NCBI GenBank assembly: GCA_964247055.1
Contig: OZ176060.1
Location: 1,054,001-1,118,000 of the forward strand
Origin: Paragordius varius
Taxonomy: Eukaryota > Animalia > Nematomorpha
Direction of reading: 5' to 3'
Length of the DNA: 64,000 nt
The position numbers and the translations under genes were made by a program. The notes under the pieces were generated by a model. That model was not told the DNA's origin. It ran no database searches and saw only the letters and a list, made by a program, of their open reading frames with translations. The first letter of the stretch is position 1. Every line of letters begins with the position of its first letter. Of the stretch, positions 38,260 through 52,503 are shown in pieces.

Positions 38260-40969
38260 GACGGACACTTACTCACATCATTAATAAATGATGAAGAAGA
38301 AGAAGAAGAATTGAGAGAGAAGAATGTTTTTGTTGTTGATTCTTGTTAAGACACACACACAAATACATGATTGAATGAATGAATGATGAAAATGTTACAC
38401 ACTACTACTAAAGAAGAATAATGAAGAATATTGTTGAAGAAATGAGTGTTATTCTTGTTTTTCATTCTTTTTTTGAATAAGAATGAATATTTTTTGAACA
38501 TTTTAATGAAAATTAATGAATATTACACTTAAAAATGATATTTTTGACACTTTTTTGATAATTTTACTGAATAATTCATGACTAAATGAGTGAATTTTTG
38601 AAAAATTAAGAATTTTATTAGTTAAAATTGATTTTTTCATGAATATTTTGAATAAAAATGAATATTTTTCAATAAATTTTGAACAAAAAATGAATTTTTC
38701 ATTCTTTTTTGAACAAAAATGATGTTTTTTCTTGAAATTTTTGAGAAATTCTTACAAAATTGAATAAAAATTTGAGAAATTGACACTTTTTTTGAACAAA
38801 AATTCCATTTTTTTGAATATTTTTGAGTAAAAAATGAATTTTTCTTAAAATTAACTATAAATTCTTCAAAAAATAAGTGAAATTGGTAAAAATTTAGTAA
38901 TTTTTGAATAAAAAATGAATTAATCTTGCTTAAAATTGTCATTTCTCTCAAAAAAATTAAAAAAAATATTATTTTTAACATCAAAAACAAGAATAAATCT
39001 TTATAAATGTCAAATTTCAACATAAATAATTAAAAAATCCACAAAATATTCATCAAATCTTCAAAAATTGTTCAAAAATGTCATTTTTCAACAAAAATAA
39101 TCTTAAAATTCTCAATTTTGAACAAAAAAATTAAAAAAATCAAAAAATTATTCAAAAAATAACAATATTTCATTCAAAAATAACAATATTCATTCTTCTT
39201 CTCTATATATATACATATACATATATATATATATATAATAATAACAACAATATAACAACTAAAAATAACAAATCTACACTCATTTCATCTACATACATAA
39301 ATGAGAGAGAGAGATGTGTAGCAGCAACAACAACAACAACTACAACAATCACTAGTGTGTGAGTGGGTGGAGAGAGAGTGTGTACAACTACACTCACCAC
39401 AAGAGTGATGACGTCATCACTCTTGTGGTGAGTGTAGTTGTTGTGAGTGATGAAGAAGAATATTATTATTATTAGAAGAAGAAGAAGAAGAGGAGAGAGA
39501 GAAGAAGGTTTTTTGTTGTTGATTCATGTTGAGACACACACATATACATGATTGAATGAATGAATGAAGAAAATGTTACATTACTACTAATAAGAATGAT
39601 GAATATTGTTGAAGAATGGAGAATATTCTTGATTTTTATACTGTTTTTTGACTAAAAATAAGGTTTTTTGAGACAATTATACTAGAATTATGAATATTAC
39701 ACTTAAAAATGACAATTTTGACACTTTTTTTGATGATTTGCTCAAGAATTTTGGACATTCTTAATCAATTTATGAATATTTTTGTTGAAAATTGACATTT
39801 TTGACACTTTTAAGGTTGTTTTTCTCAATAATTCTTGAATAAATGTGTTAAAAGTTTCAAAAATTAAGATTTTTACATTAAAATTTGTCTTTTTTTCTTA
39901 ATTTTTATAATTATTTCTTGAAAAATGAGTAAAAAGTTGGAGAATTTTGAGTTTTTTGAATAAAAATTGAGTCTTTTTTCTAAATTTTCACTAAAAAATG
40001 AATTTTTTCTCTAGTTTTTGACAAAAAATTGAATTTTTAGTTGAAATTCATCAAAAAATCTTCAAAAATTAAACAAAAATTACAAAAATTTAGGATTTTT
40101 TGAGTTAAAATTGAATATTTCCTACTCAAAATTGAGAAATTTAATTAAAAATGAGATAAAACTAGTAAAAATAACTAAAATATATACAAAATATTCATCA
40201 AATCTTGAAAAAATCAAGAAAAATATCATTTTTAAGATTAAAAACAAGAATAAATCTTCAAAAATGTCAAAAATTTCAACAAAAATAATTAAAAAATCCT
40301 AAAAATACTCAAAAATATTACTAAAAAATAACAAAATTAAAGATAAAATATTAAAAAATAAAAAAATAATCCTAAAATTGTCTTTATTTAATCAAAAAAT
40401 AACAATTCTTCTTCTCTATATATATACATATACATATATATAATAACAAAAATAACAAACCAAAAATAACAAATGACACTCATTTCACTCATTTCATCCA
40501 CATACATAAATGAGAGAGAGAGAGATGTGTAGCAGCAACAACAACAACAACTACAACAATCACTAGTGTGTGAGAGAGAGTGATTGTGTGTACAACTACA
40601 CTCACCACAAGAGTGATGACGTCATCACTCTTGTGGTGAGTGTAGTTGTTGTGAGTGATGAAGAAGAATATTATTATTATTAGATGAAGAAGAAGAAGAA
40701 GAGAAGAGAGAGAAGAAGGTTTTTGTTGTTGATTCTTGTTGAGACACATATATACATACATGATTGAATGAATGAATGATGAAAATGTTACACTACTACT
40801 ACTAAGAAGAATGAAGAAGAAATTGATGGAGAAATGATGAATATTCTTGATTTTTATACTGTTTTTTGACTAAAATTGACATTTTTAAGACAATTTTAAT
40901 AAAAATTAATGAATATTACACTTAAAAATGACAATTTTGACACTTTTTTTGATAAAAATGAAGAATTTT

Positions 40970-43217
40970 GGACATTCTTAATAAAATTATTGAGATTTTT
41001 GATGAAAATTGACAATTTTGACACATTTTTTGATTTTTACTGAAAAATTATTGAATAATTGAGTTAAAAACTGAAAAATTAAGATTTTTATTACTAAAAA
41101 GTGACATTTTTTTCAAATTTTCACTAAAAATTGAATTTTTTTCTCTAATTTTTGAGTGAGAAACTGAATTTTTCTTATTTTTTCAGTAAAATTTGACTTT
41201 TTTCTTGAAAATATTCAAAAATTGTTACAAAAATGAGTGAAAAAATGAAAAATTAACACTTTTTTTGAATAAAAATTGAATTTTTTACTGAAATTTAGGA
41301 GAAATTCTTCAAAAATTAAACAAAAATTACAAAAATTTAGAATTTTTTATATAAAAAATGAATTATTTCTACTTAAAAATGAGAATTTTAGTTAAAAAAT
41401 GAATAAAAATTAAAAAAAATGACAAAAAATATCTAAAATATCCAAGAAATATTAATAAAATCATCAAAAATGTCAAATATTCAACAAAAATCATTAAAAA
41501 CAGTTCAAAAAATACTCAAAAAATTAAAAAAATCAAAAAAAAATATTAAAAAATAACAAAATTACACAAAAAATATCATACAATATTAAAATTGTCCTAT
41601 TATTCAACAATAAATTAAAAACGATATTAAAAAAATAACAAATCTTCTTCTTATATATACATATATATATATATAATAATAACAAAAATAACATATAAAA
41701 ATAACAAATGACACTCATTTCATCCACATACATAAATGAGAGAAATGAGAGATGCAGCTACACATCCAACAACAACTACAACAATTAAGAATGATGTGTG
41801 TGTATGTGTGTGAGTGTGAGAGAGAGAGAGAGATGTATACACAACTACACTCACAACAAGAGTGATGACGTCATCACTCTTGTTGTGAGTGTAGTTGTGA
41901 TGGACACTTGTTAATTAATGAAGAAGAAGAGGAGAGAGGAGAGAGAAGAAGGTTTTTGTTGTTGATTCTAGTTGAGACACACACATACATACATGATTGA
42001 ATGAATGAATGAAGAAAATGTTACTCACTACTACTAAAGAAGAATGAAGAATATTGATGAAGAAAAGATGATTATTCTTGTTTTACACTTATTTTTTGAC
42101 TAAAATTGAAGATTTTTGAGACAATTTTACTAGAATTATTAATATTTTTGTTGAAAATTGACATTTTTGACACTTTTTTCGATGATTTACTCAAGAATAT
42201 TGGACATTCTTAATAAAATTATTGAGATTTTTGATGAAAATTGACAATTTTGACACATTTTTTGATTTTTACTGAAAAATTATTGAATAATTGAGTTAAA
42301 AACTGAAAAATTAAGATTTTTATTACTAAAAAGTGACATTTTTTTCAAATTTTCACTAAAAATTGAATTTTTTTCTCTAATTTTTGAGTGAGAAACTGAA
42401 TTTTTCTTATTTTTTCAGTAAAATTTGACTTTTTTCTTGAAAATATTCAAAAATTGTTACAAAAATGAGTGAAAAAATGAAAAATTAACACTTTTTTTGA
42501 ATAAAAATTGAATTTTTTACTGAAATTTAGGAGAAATTCTTCAAAAATTAAACAAAAATTACAAAAATTTAGAATTTTTTATATAAAAAATGAATTATTT
42601 CTACTTAAAAATGAGAATTTTAGTTAAAAAATGAATAAAAATTAAAAAAAATGACAAAAAATATCTAAAATATCCAAGAAATATTAATAAAATCATCAAA
42701 AATGTCAAATATTCAACAAAAATCATTAAAAACAGTTCAAAAAATACTCAAAAAATTAAAAAAATCAAAAAAAAATATTAAAAAATAACAAAATTACACA
42801 AAAAATATCATACAATATTAAAATTGTCCTATTATTCAACAATAAATTAAAAACGATATTAAAAAAATAACAAATCTTCTTCTTATATATACATATATAT
42901 ATATATAATAATAACAAAAATAACATATAAAAATAACAAATGACACTCATTTCATCCACATACATAAATGAGAGAAATGAGAGATGCAGCTACACATCCA
43001 ACAACAACTACAACAATTAAGAATGATGTGTGTGTATGTGTGTGAGTGTGAGAGAGAGAGAGAGATGTATACACAACTACACTCACAACAAGAGTGATGA
43101 CGTCATCACTCTTGTTGTGAGTGTAGTTGTGATGGACACTTGTTAATTAATGAAGAAGAAGAGGAGAGAGGAGAGAGAAGAAGGTTTTTGTTGTTGATTC
43201 TAGTTGAGACACACACA
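40970..43217 (+). repeat. Near-identical tandem duplication, period 1232 bp (about 1.8 copies)
   Basis: Dyads 41869/43101; identical ORF-track entries at 41533 and 42765. Confidence 0.9.
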
Positions 43218-44359
43218 TATATACATGATTAAATGAATGAATGAAGAGAATGTTACACACTACTACTCAAGAAGAATGAAGAATATTATAGATGATTATT
43301 CTTGATTTAATACTGTTTTTTGAATAAGAATAAGAATTTTGAGACAATTTTACTAGAATTATTAATAATATAGCTGAAATTGACATTTTTGAGACAATTT
43401 TAATGAAAAACAAGATTATTTTTGTGTTAAATTGACACTTTTGATACTTTTTTTGATGATTTACCCAAGAATTTTGGACATTCTTAATCAAATAATGAAT
43501 ATTTATGTTGAAAATTGACATTTTTGATACTTTTTAAGGTTTTTCTAGTGAAAATTCATGAATAAATGACTGATTTTTGAAGAATTTTGAATTTTTTGAG
43601 TAAAAATTGACTTTTTTTCTAATTTTTCACTAAAAAAATGATTTTTTTCTTTAATTTTTGACAAAAAGATGAATTTTTCTTATTTTTTTGAATAAAACAT
43701 CAATTTTTAGTTGGATTTTTGATTAAATTCTTGAAAAAATGAATCAAAATTTCAAAAATTGACACTTTTTTTGAATAAAATTCATTATTTTTGAGTCAAA
43801 ACTGAATTTTCTCTTGAAATTTAGCAGAAATTCTTCAAAAAATAAGTGAAAATTTCAAAAATTCAGAATTTTTTAAATAAAAAATGAATAATTCATCGTC
43901 AAAATTGAATTTTTCATTGAAAAATGAGTAAAAACTAGAAAAAATAACTAGAATATCCACAAAATATTCATCAAATCTTCAAAAAACGTTCAAAAATGTC
44001 ATTTTTCAACCAAAATAATGATAAAAATTAACAAAAACAATTAAAAAATGATAAAAAATACTCAAAAATAACAAAAACAAATAAAAAATAATCAAAAAAT
44101 AATTAAAAATACTCAAAAAATGAATAAAATTCAAAAAAATTCTTAAAATTGTCCTATTATTCAACAAAAAATAACATTCTTCATTCTTCTTCTCTATATA
44201 TATACATATATATAATAACAAAAATAACAAACAAAAATAACAATCATCACTCATTTCATCCATTTACAAATGAGTGTGTGAGAGAGAGAGAGAGATGTGC
44301 ACCACCACCACCAACAACTACAACAACAACTAGTAGTGTGTGTGAGAGAGAGTGTAACA

Positions 44360-47300
44360 CAACAACACTCACAACAAGAGTGATGACGTCATCACTCTTG
44401 TTGTGAGTGTTGTTGAAGAAGAATATTATTATTATTAGATGAAGAAGAAGAGAAGAGAAGAGAGAGAAGAATGTTTTTGTTGTTGATTCTAGTTGACACA
44501 CAGACACACATACATGATTGAATGAATGAATGAAGAAAATGTTACTCACTACTACTAAAGAAGAATGATGAATATTGTTGAAGAAATGATGGATATTCTT
44601 GTTTTTCAACAATTTTTGAATAAAAATAAGGTTTTTTGAGACAATTTTACTAAAATTAAGAATGATTTTCTTTAAAAATGACAATTTTGACACTTTTTTC
44701 GATGATTTACTCAACAATTTTGGACATTCTTAATCAAATTATGAATATTATTGTTGAAAATTGACATTTTTGACTCTTTTTTGATGATTTTACTCAAGAA
44801 TTCATGAATATTTGACTGATTTTTGAAGAATTTTGAGTTTTTTTACTTAAAATTTAGTTTTTTTTCTACTTTTTTGAATAAAAATTCATTTTTTTCTCTA
44901 GTTTTTGACAAAAAATTGAATTTTTAGTTGAAATTTATGAAAAATTCTTGAAAAAATGAATAAAATTTCAAAAATTAACACTTTTTTTGATGAAAACATC
45001 ATGTTTTTTGAATATTTTTGACTAAAAATTGAATTTTTTCCTGAAATTTAGTAAAAATTCTTCAAAAAATAAGTGAAAATTACAAAAATTCCGAATTTTT
45101 TGAATAAAAATCAATTATTTCTTACTCAAAATTGAGAAATTTAATTAAAAATGAGCAAAAACTAGAAAAAATGACAAATAATAAGTAAAATATCCACAAA
45201 ATATTGATAAAATCATCAAAAATGTCATTTATAAACCAAAAAATTCTTCAAAAATATTAATTTTAATGAAAAAATCATCAATTTTAATCAAAAAATACTC
45301 AAAATACTCAAAAAATGAATAAAATTAAAAAAAAATAAAAAAAATATTTAAAATTGTCCTATTTTTCATTCAAAAATAACATTTTTATTCTTCTTCTCTA
45401 TATACATATATATATAATAACAAAAATAACAAACAAAAATAACAAATGACACTCATTTCATCAATTAAAAGTGTGTGAGAGAGAGAGAGAGATGTGCAGC
45501 AGCAACAACTACAACAACAACAACTACAACTAGTGTATGTGTGTGTGAGAGAGAGAATGAGTGTACAACAACAACACTCACAACAAGAGTGATGACGTCA
45601 TCACTCTTGTTGTGAGTGTTGTTGAAGAAGAATATTATTATTATTAGATGAAGAAGAAGAGAAGAGAAGAGAGAGAAGAATGTTTTTGTTGTTGATTCTA
45701 GTTGACACACAGACACACATACATGATTGAATGAATGAATGAAGAAAATGTTACTCACTACTACTAAAGAAGAATGATGAATATTGTTGAAGAAATGATG
45801 GATATTCTTGTTTTTCAACAATTTTTGAATAAAAATAAGGTTTTTTGAGACAATTTTACTAAAATTAAGAATGATTTTCTTTAAAAATGACAATTTTGAC
45901 ACTTTTTTCGATGATTTACTCAACAATTTTGGACATTCTTAATCAAATTATGAATATTATTGTTGAAAATTGACATTTTTGACTCTTTTTTGATGATTTT
46001 ACTCAAGAATTCATGAATATTTGACTGATTTTTGAAGAATTTTGAGTTTTTTTACTTAAAATTTAGTTTTTTTTCTACTTTTTTGAATAAAAATTCATTT
46101 TTTTCTCTAGTTTTTGACAAAAAATTGAATTTTTAGTTGAAATTTATGAAAAATTCTTGAAAAAATGAATAAAATTTCAAAAATTAACACTTTTTTTGAT
46201 GAAAACATCATGTTTTTTGAATATTTTTGACTAAAAATTGAATTTTTTCCTGAAATTTAGTAAAAATTCTTCAAAAAATAAGTGAAAATTACAAAAATTC
46301 CGAATTTTTTGAATAAAAATCAATTATTTCTTACTCAAAATTGAGAAATTTAATTAAAAATGAGCAAAAACTAGAAAAAATGACAAATAATAAGTAAAAT
46401 ATCCACAAAATATTGATAAAATCATCAAAAATGTCATTTATAAACCAAAAAATTCTTCAAAAATATTAATTTTAATGAAAAAATCATCAATTTTAATCAA
46501 AAAATACTCAAAATACTCAAAAAATGAATAAAATTAAAAAAAAATAAAAAAAATATTTAAAATTGTCCTATTTTTCATTCAAAAATAACATTTTTATTCT
46601 TCTTCTCTATATACATATATATATAATAACAAAAATAACAAACAAAAATAACAAATGACACTCATTTCATCAATTAAAAGTGTGTGAGAGAGAGAGAGAG
46701 ATGTGCAGCAGCAACAACTACAACAACAACAACTACAACTAGTGTATGTGTGTGTGAGAGAGAGAATGAGTGTACAACAACAACACTCACAACAAGAGTG
46801 ATGACGTCATCACTCTTGTTGTGAGTGTTGTTGAAGAAGAATATTATTATTATTAGATGAAGAAGAAGAGAAGAGAAGAGAGAGAAGAATGTTTTTATTG
46901 TTGATTCTAGTTGACACACAGACACACATACATGATTGAATGAATGAATGAAGAAAATGTTACTCACTACTACTAAAGAAGAATGATGAATATTGTTGAA
47001 GAAATGATGGATATTCTTGTTTTTCAACAATTTTTGAATAAAAATAAGGTTTTTTGAGACAATTTTACTAAAATTAAGAATGATTTTCTTTAAAAATGAC
47101 AATTTTGACACTTTTTTCGATGATTTACTCAACAATTTTGGACATTCTTAATCAAATTATGAATATTATTGTTGAAAATTGACATTTTTGACTCTTTTTT
47201 GATGATTTTACTCAAGAATTCATGAATATTTGACTGATTTTTGAAGAATTTTGAGTTTTTTTACTTAAAATTAAGTTTTTTTTCTACTTTTTTGAATAAA

Positions 47301-47520
47301 AATTCATTTTTTTCTCTAGTTTTTGACAAAAAATTGAATTTTTAGTTGAAATTTATGAAAAATTCTTGAAAAAATGAATAAAATTTCAAAAATTAACACT
47401 TTTTTTGATGAAAACATCATGTTTTTTGAATATTTTTGACTAAAAATTGAATTTTTTCCTGAAATTTAGTAAAAATTCTTCAAAAAATAAGTGAAAATTA
47501 CAAAAATTCCGAATTTTTTT
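44360..47520 (+). repeat. Near-identical expansion, period 1209 bp (about 2.6 copies)
   Basis: Dyads 44387/45596/46805; ORF-track entries offset by 1209 with occasional substitutions. Confidence 0.9.
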
Positions 47521-49374
47521 GAATAAAAATCAATTATTCCTACTTAAAAATGAGAGTTTTAATTTAAAAATGAGTAAAAAGTAGAAAAAATTAATGAAAA
47601 ACATCCAAAATCTACGAAAAATATTCATAAAAATCATCAAAAACCTCATTTTTAAACAAAAATACCTTCAAAATTAATAATTTTAATCAAAAAATCATCA
47701 TTTTCAACAAAAAAATTAAAAAAAATTAAAAAAAATCAAAAAAAAAATTTTAAAAATTAAAAAATTACACAAAAATCAAGAATAAAATATTAAGATTGTC
47801 CTATTATTCAACAAAAAATAACAATTTTTCATTCAAAATTAACAATGTTTCATTCTTCTTATATATACATATATATATATATAATAATAATAAAAATAAC
47901 AAAAATAACAAATACATATATCTCATTCATATACAAATGAGTGTAAGAGAGAGAGAGATGTGCAACACCACCACCAACAACAACAACTACAACAAGAGTG
48001 ATGTGTGTGAGAGTGGAGAGAGTGAGTGATGTGTGTACAACTACAACAACACTCACCACAAGAGTGATGACGTCATCACTCTTGTGGTGAGTGTTGTTGT
48101 GAAGAAGAATATTATTATTATTATTAGAGTAGAAGAAGAAGAAGAAGAAGAGAAGAGAGAGAAGAAGGTTTTTGTTGTTGATTCTTGTTGACACACACAC
48201 ATATACATACATGATTGAATGAATGAATGATGAAAATGTTACACTACTACTACTAAAGAAGAATGAAGAATATTGTTGAAGAAGTGATGATTATTCTTGA
48301 TTTTCACTTTTTTTGACTAAAATGAAGAATTTTGAGACAATTTTAATGAAAATTAAGAATAATATTGTTTAAAATTGAATATTTTGACACTTTTAAGGTT
48401 ATGTTAGTCAAAATTCATGAATAAATGAGTTAAAATTTGAAGAATTTTGAGTTTTTTTCGGATTTTTAACTAAAAATGAAGATTTTTTCTATGAATTTTT
48501 GATTAAAAAGATGAATTTTTCTTATTTTTTGAATAAAACATCAATTTTTAGTTGAATTTTTGATGAAATTCTTGAAAAAATAAATAAAATCTTGAAAAAT
48601 TAACACTTTTACTCGTTAAAATTTATTTTTTTTGAATATTTTTGAATAAAAAATGAATTTTTAGTTGAAATTTATCAAAAATTGTCAAAAAAAGTGAGAA
48701 AAAATGAGTAAAAATAAGAAAAATTTGCAAATTTTAGTGTAAAAATCAATTTTTTTAAATGAAAAATCCATTATTTTTACTTAAAAATGAATAAATTTAA
48801 TTAAAAATTAGTAAAAACTAGAAAAAATCACAAAAATTGACTAAAATATCCAAAAAATATTCATAAAATCATCAAAAATGTCAAATTTCAACAAAAATAA
48901 TTCAAAATCAAAAATATGAATAAAATATTCAAAAAATATTCAAAAAATATTCAAAAATAATCAAAAATTAAAAAAATTCAAAAAATTATCAAAAAATATC
49001 ATATATTCCTCAAAAATAACAATGTTTCATTCAAAAATAACAAAATTAATTCTTCTTCTCTATATACATATACATATATATAATAATAACAAAAATAACA
49101 AATACATATAGTAACAAAAGTCACTCATTTCATACATATACAATTGATGTGTGTGTGAGAGAGAGAGATGTGCAGCAACAACAACAACTACAACAAGAGT
49201 GATGTGTGAGTGAGTGGAGAGAGAGAGAGAGTGTAACAACAACAACACTCACCACAAGAGTGATGACGTCATCACTCTTGTGGTGAGTGTTGTTGTGAAG
49301 AAGAATATTATTATTATTAATAGAAGAAGAGAAGAGAGAGAAGAATGTTTTTGTTGTTGATTCTTGTTGAGACA

Positions 49375-52300
49375 CACACATATATACATGATTGATTGAA
49401 TGAATGAAGAAAATGTTACACTACTACTACTAAAGAAGAATGATGAATAAATTGTTGGAGAAGTGATTTCTTGTTTTTTTCTACTTTTTGACTAAAAATG
49501 AAGGTTTTTTGACACATTTTTACTAAATTTATGAATATTTCTGTGTTCAATTGACACTTTTGACACTTTTTCTGATGATAATGAAGATTTTTGAGACAAT
49601 ATTAATTAAATTTATGAATATTTATGTTGAAAATAACAATTTTGACACATTTTTGATAATTTTACTGAATATTTGAGTTAAAAATTGAAGAATTTTGAGT
49701 TTTTTTACTAAAAATTGAGATTTTTTTCTTATTTTTTGAATAAAAATTGAATATTTTGTTGAAATTTGGTAGAAATCCTTCAAAAAATGAGTAAAAATCT
49801 GAAAAATTAAGACTTTTATCCAATAAAATTCACTTTTTTTGATAATTTTTGACTAAAAATTGAATTTTTTCTCTTAATTTAACAGAAATTCTTCAAAAAA
49901 TAAGTGAAAATTACAAAAATTTTGAATTTTTTGAGTTAAAATTGAATATTTCTCACTCAAAATGGAGTATTTTTATATAAAAATGAGTAAAAACTAGAGA
50001 AAATGACTAAAAATAAGTAAAATATCCAAGACATATTAATATAATCATCAAAAATGTCATTTTTCAACTAAAATATCTTCAAAGTTCTCAATTTTAATCA
50101 AAATATCATCATTTTCAACAAAAAAATCAAAAAATATTAAAAAAATTCTTAAAATTGTCCTATTTTTCATTCAAAAATAAATGTTTCATTCAAAAATAAC
50201 AATATTCTTTCTTCTTCTCTATATACATATACATATACATATAATAACAAAAATAACAAATGACACTTATTTCACTCATTTCATCACATTCATAAATGAT
50301 ACACATTCACCATGTACAACAACAACAACAACAACTACTAGTGTGTATGTGTGTGAGTGATGTGTGTGTGAGAGAGTGAGTGGTGAGAGAGAGATGTAAC
50401 AACAACAACAGTCACCACAAGAGTGATGACGTCATCACTCTTGTGGTGAGTGTTGTTGAAGAAGAAGAATATTATTATTATTAGATGAAGAAGAAGAGAA
50501 GAGAGAGAAGAAGGGTTTTTATTGTTGTTTCTTGTTGAGACACACATATATACATGATTGATTGAATGAATGAAGAAAATGTTACACTACTACTACTAAA
50601 GAAGAATGATGAATAAATTGTTGGAGAAGTGATTTCTTGTTTTTTTCTACTTTTTGACTAAAAATGAAGGTTTTTTGACACATTTTTACTAAATTTATGA
50701 ATATTTCTGTGTTCAATTGACACTTTTGACACTTTTTCTGATGATAATGAAGATTTTTGAGACAATATTAATTAAATTTATGAATATTTATGTTGAAAAT
50801 AACAATTTTGACACATTTTTGATAATTTTACTGAATATTTGAGTTAAAAATTGAAGAATTTTGAGTTTTTTTACTAAAAATTGAGATTTTTTTCTTATTT
50901 TTTGAATAAAAATTGAATATTTTGTTGAAATTTGGTAGAAATCCTTCAAAAAATGAGTAAAAATCTGAAAAATTAAGACTTTTATCCAATAAAATTCACT
51001 TTTTTTGATAATTTTTGACTAAAAATTGAATTTTTTCTCTTAATTTAACAGAAATTCTTCAAAAAATAAGTGAAAATTACAAAAATTTTGAATTTTTTGA
51101 GTTAAAATTGAATATTTCTCACTCAAAATGGAGTATTTTTATATAAAAATGAGTAAAAACTAGAGAAAATGACTAAAAATAAGTAAAATATCCAAGACAT
51201 ATTAATATAATCATCAAAAATGTCATTTTTCAACTAAAATATCTTCAAAGTTCTCAATTTTAATCAAAATATCATCATTTTCAACAAAAAAATCAAAAAA
51301 TATTAAAAAAATTCTTAAAATTGTCCTATTTTTCATTCAAAAATAAATGTTTCATTCAAAAATAACAATATTCTTTCTTCTTCTCTATATACATATACAT
51401 ATACATATAATAACAAAAATAACAAATGACACTTATTTCACTCATTTCATCACATTCATAAATGATACACATTCACCATGTACAACAACAACAACAACAA
51501 CTACTAGTGTGTATGTGTGTGAGTGATGTGTGTGTGAGAGAGTGAGTGGTGAGAGAGAGATGTAACAACAACAACAGTCACCACAAGAGTGATGACGTCA
51601 TCACTCTTGTGGTGAGTGTTGTTGAAGAAGAAGAATATTATTATTATTAGATGAAGAAGAAGAGAAGAGAGAGAAGAAGGGTTTTTATTGTTGTTTCTTG
51701 TTGAGACACACATATATACATGATTGATTGAATGAATGAAGAAAATGTTACACTACTACTACTAAAGAAGAATGATGAATAAATTGTTGGAGAAGTGATT
51801 TCTTGTTTTTTTCTACTTTTTGACTAAAAATGAAGGTTTTTTGACACATTTTTACTAAATTTATGAATATTTCTGTGTTCAATTGACACTTTTGACACTT
51901 TTTCTGATGATAATGAAGATTTTTGAGACAATATTAATTAAATTTATGAATATTTATGTTGAAAATAACAATTTTGACACATTTTTGATAATTTTACTGA
52001 ATATTTGAGTTAAAAATTGAAGAATTTTGAGTTTTTTTACTAAAAATTGAGATTTTTTTCTTATTTTTTGAATAAAAATTGAATATTTTGTTGAAATTTG
52101 GTAGAAATCCTTCAAAAAATGAGTAAAAATCTGAAAAATTAAGACTTTTATCCAATAAAATTCACTTTTTTTGATAATTTTTGACTAAAAATTGAATTTT
52201 TTCTCTTAATTTAACAGAAATTCTTCAAAAAATAAGTGAAAATTACAAAAATTTTGAATTTTTTGAGTTAAAATTGAATATTTCTCACTCAAAATGGAGT

Positions 52301-52500
52301 ATTTTTATATAAAAATGAGTAAAAACTAGAGAAAATGACTAAAAATAAGTAAAATATCCAAGACATATTAATATAATCATCAAAAATGTCATTTTTCAAC
52401 TAAAATATCTTCAAAGTTCTCAATTTTAATCAAAATATCATCATTTTCAACAAAAAAATCAAAAAATATTAAAAAAATTCTTAAAATTGTCCTATTTTTC
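49375..52500 (+). repeat. Near-identical expansion, period 1166 bp (about 2.7 copies)
   Basis: Dyads 50430/51596; identical ORF-track entries at 50338 and 51504. Confidence 0.9.
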
Positions 52501-52503
52501 AAC

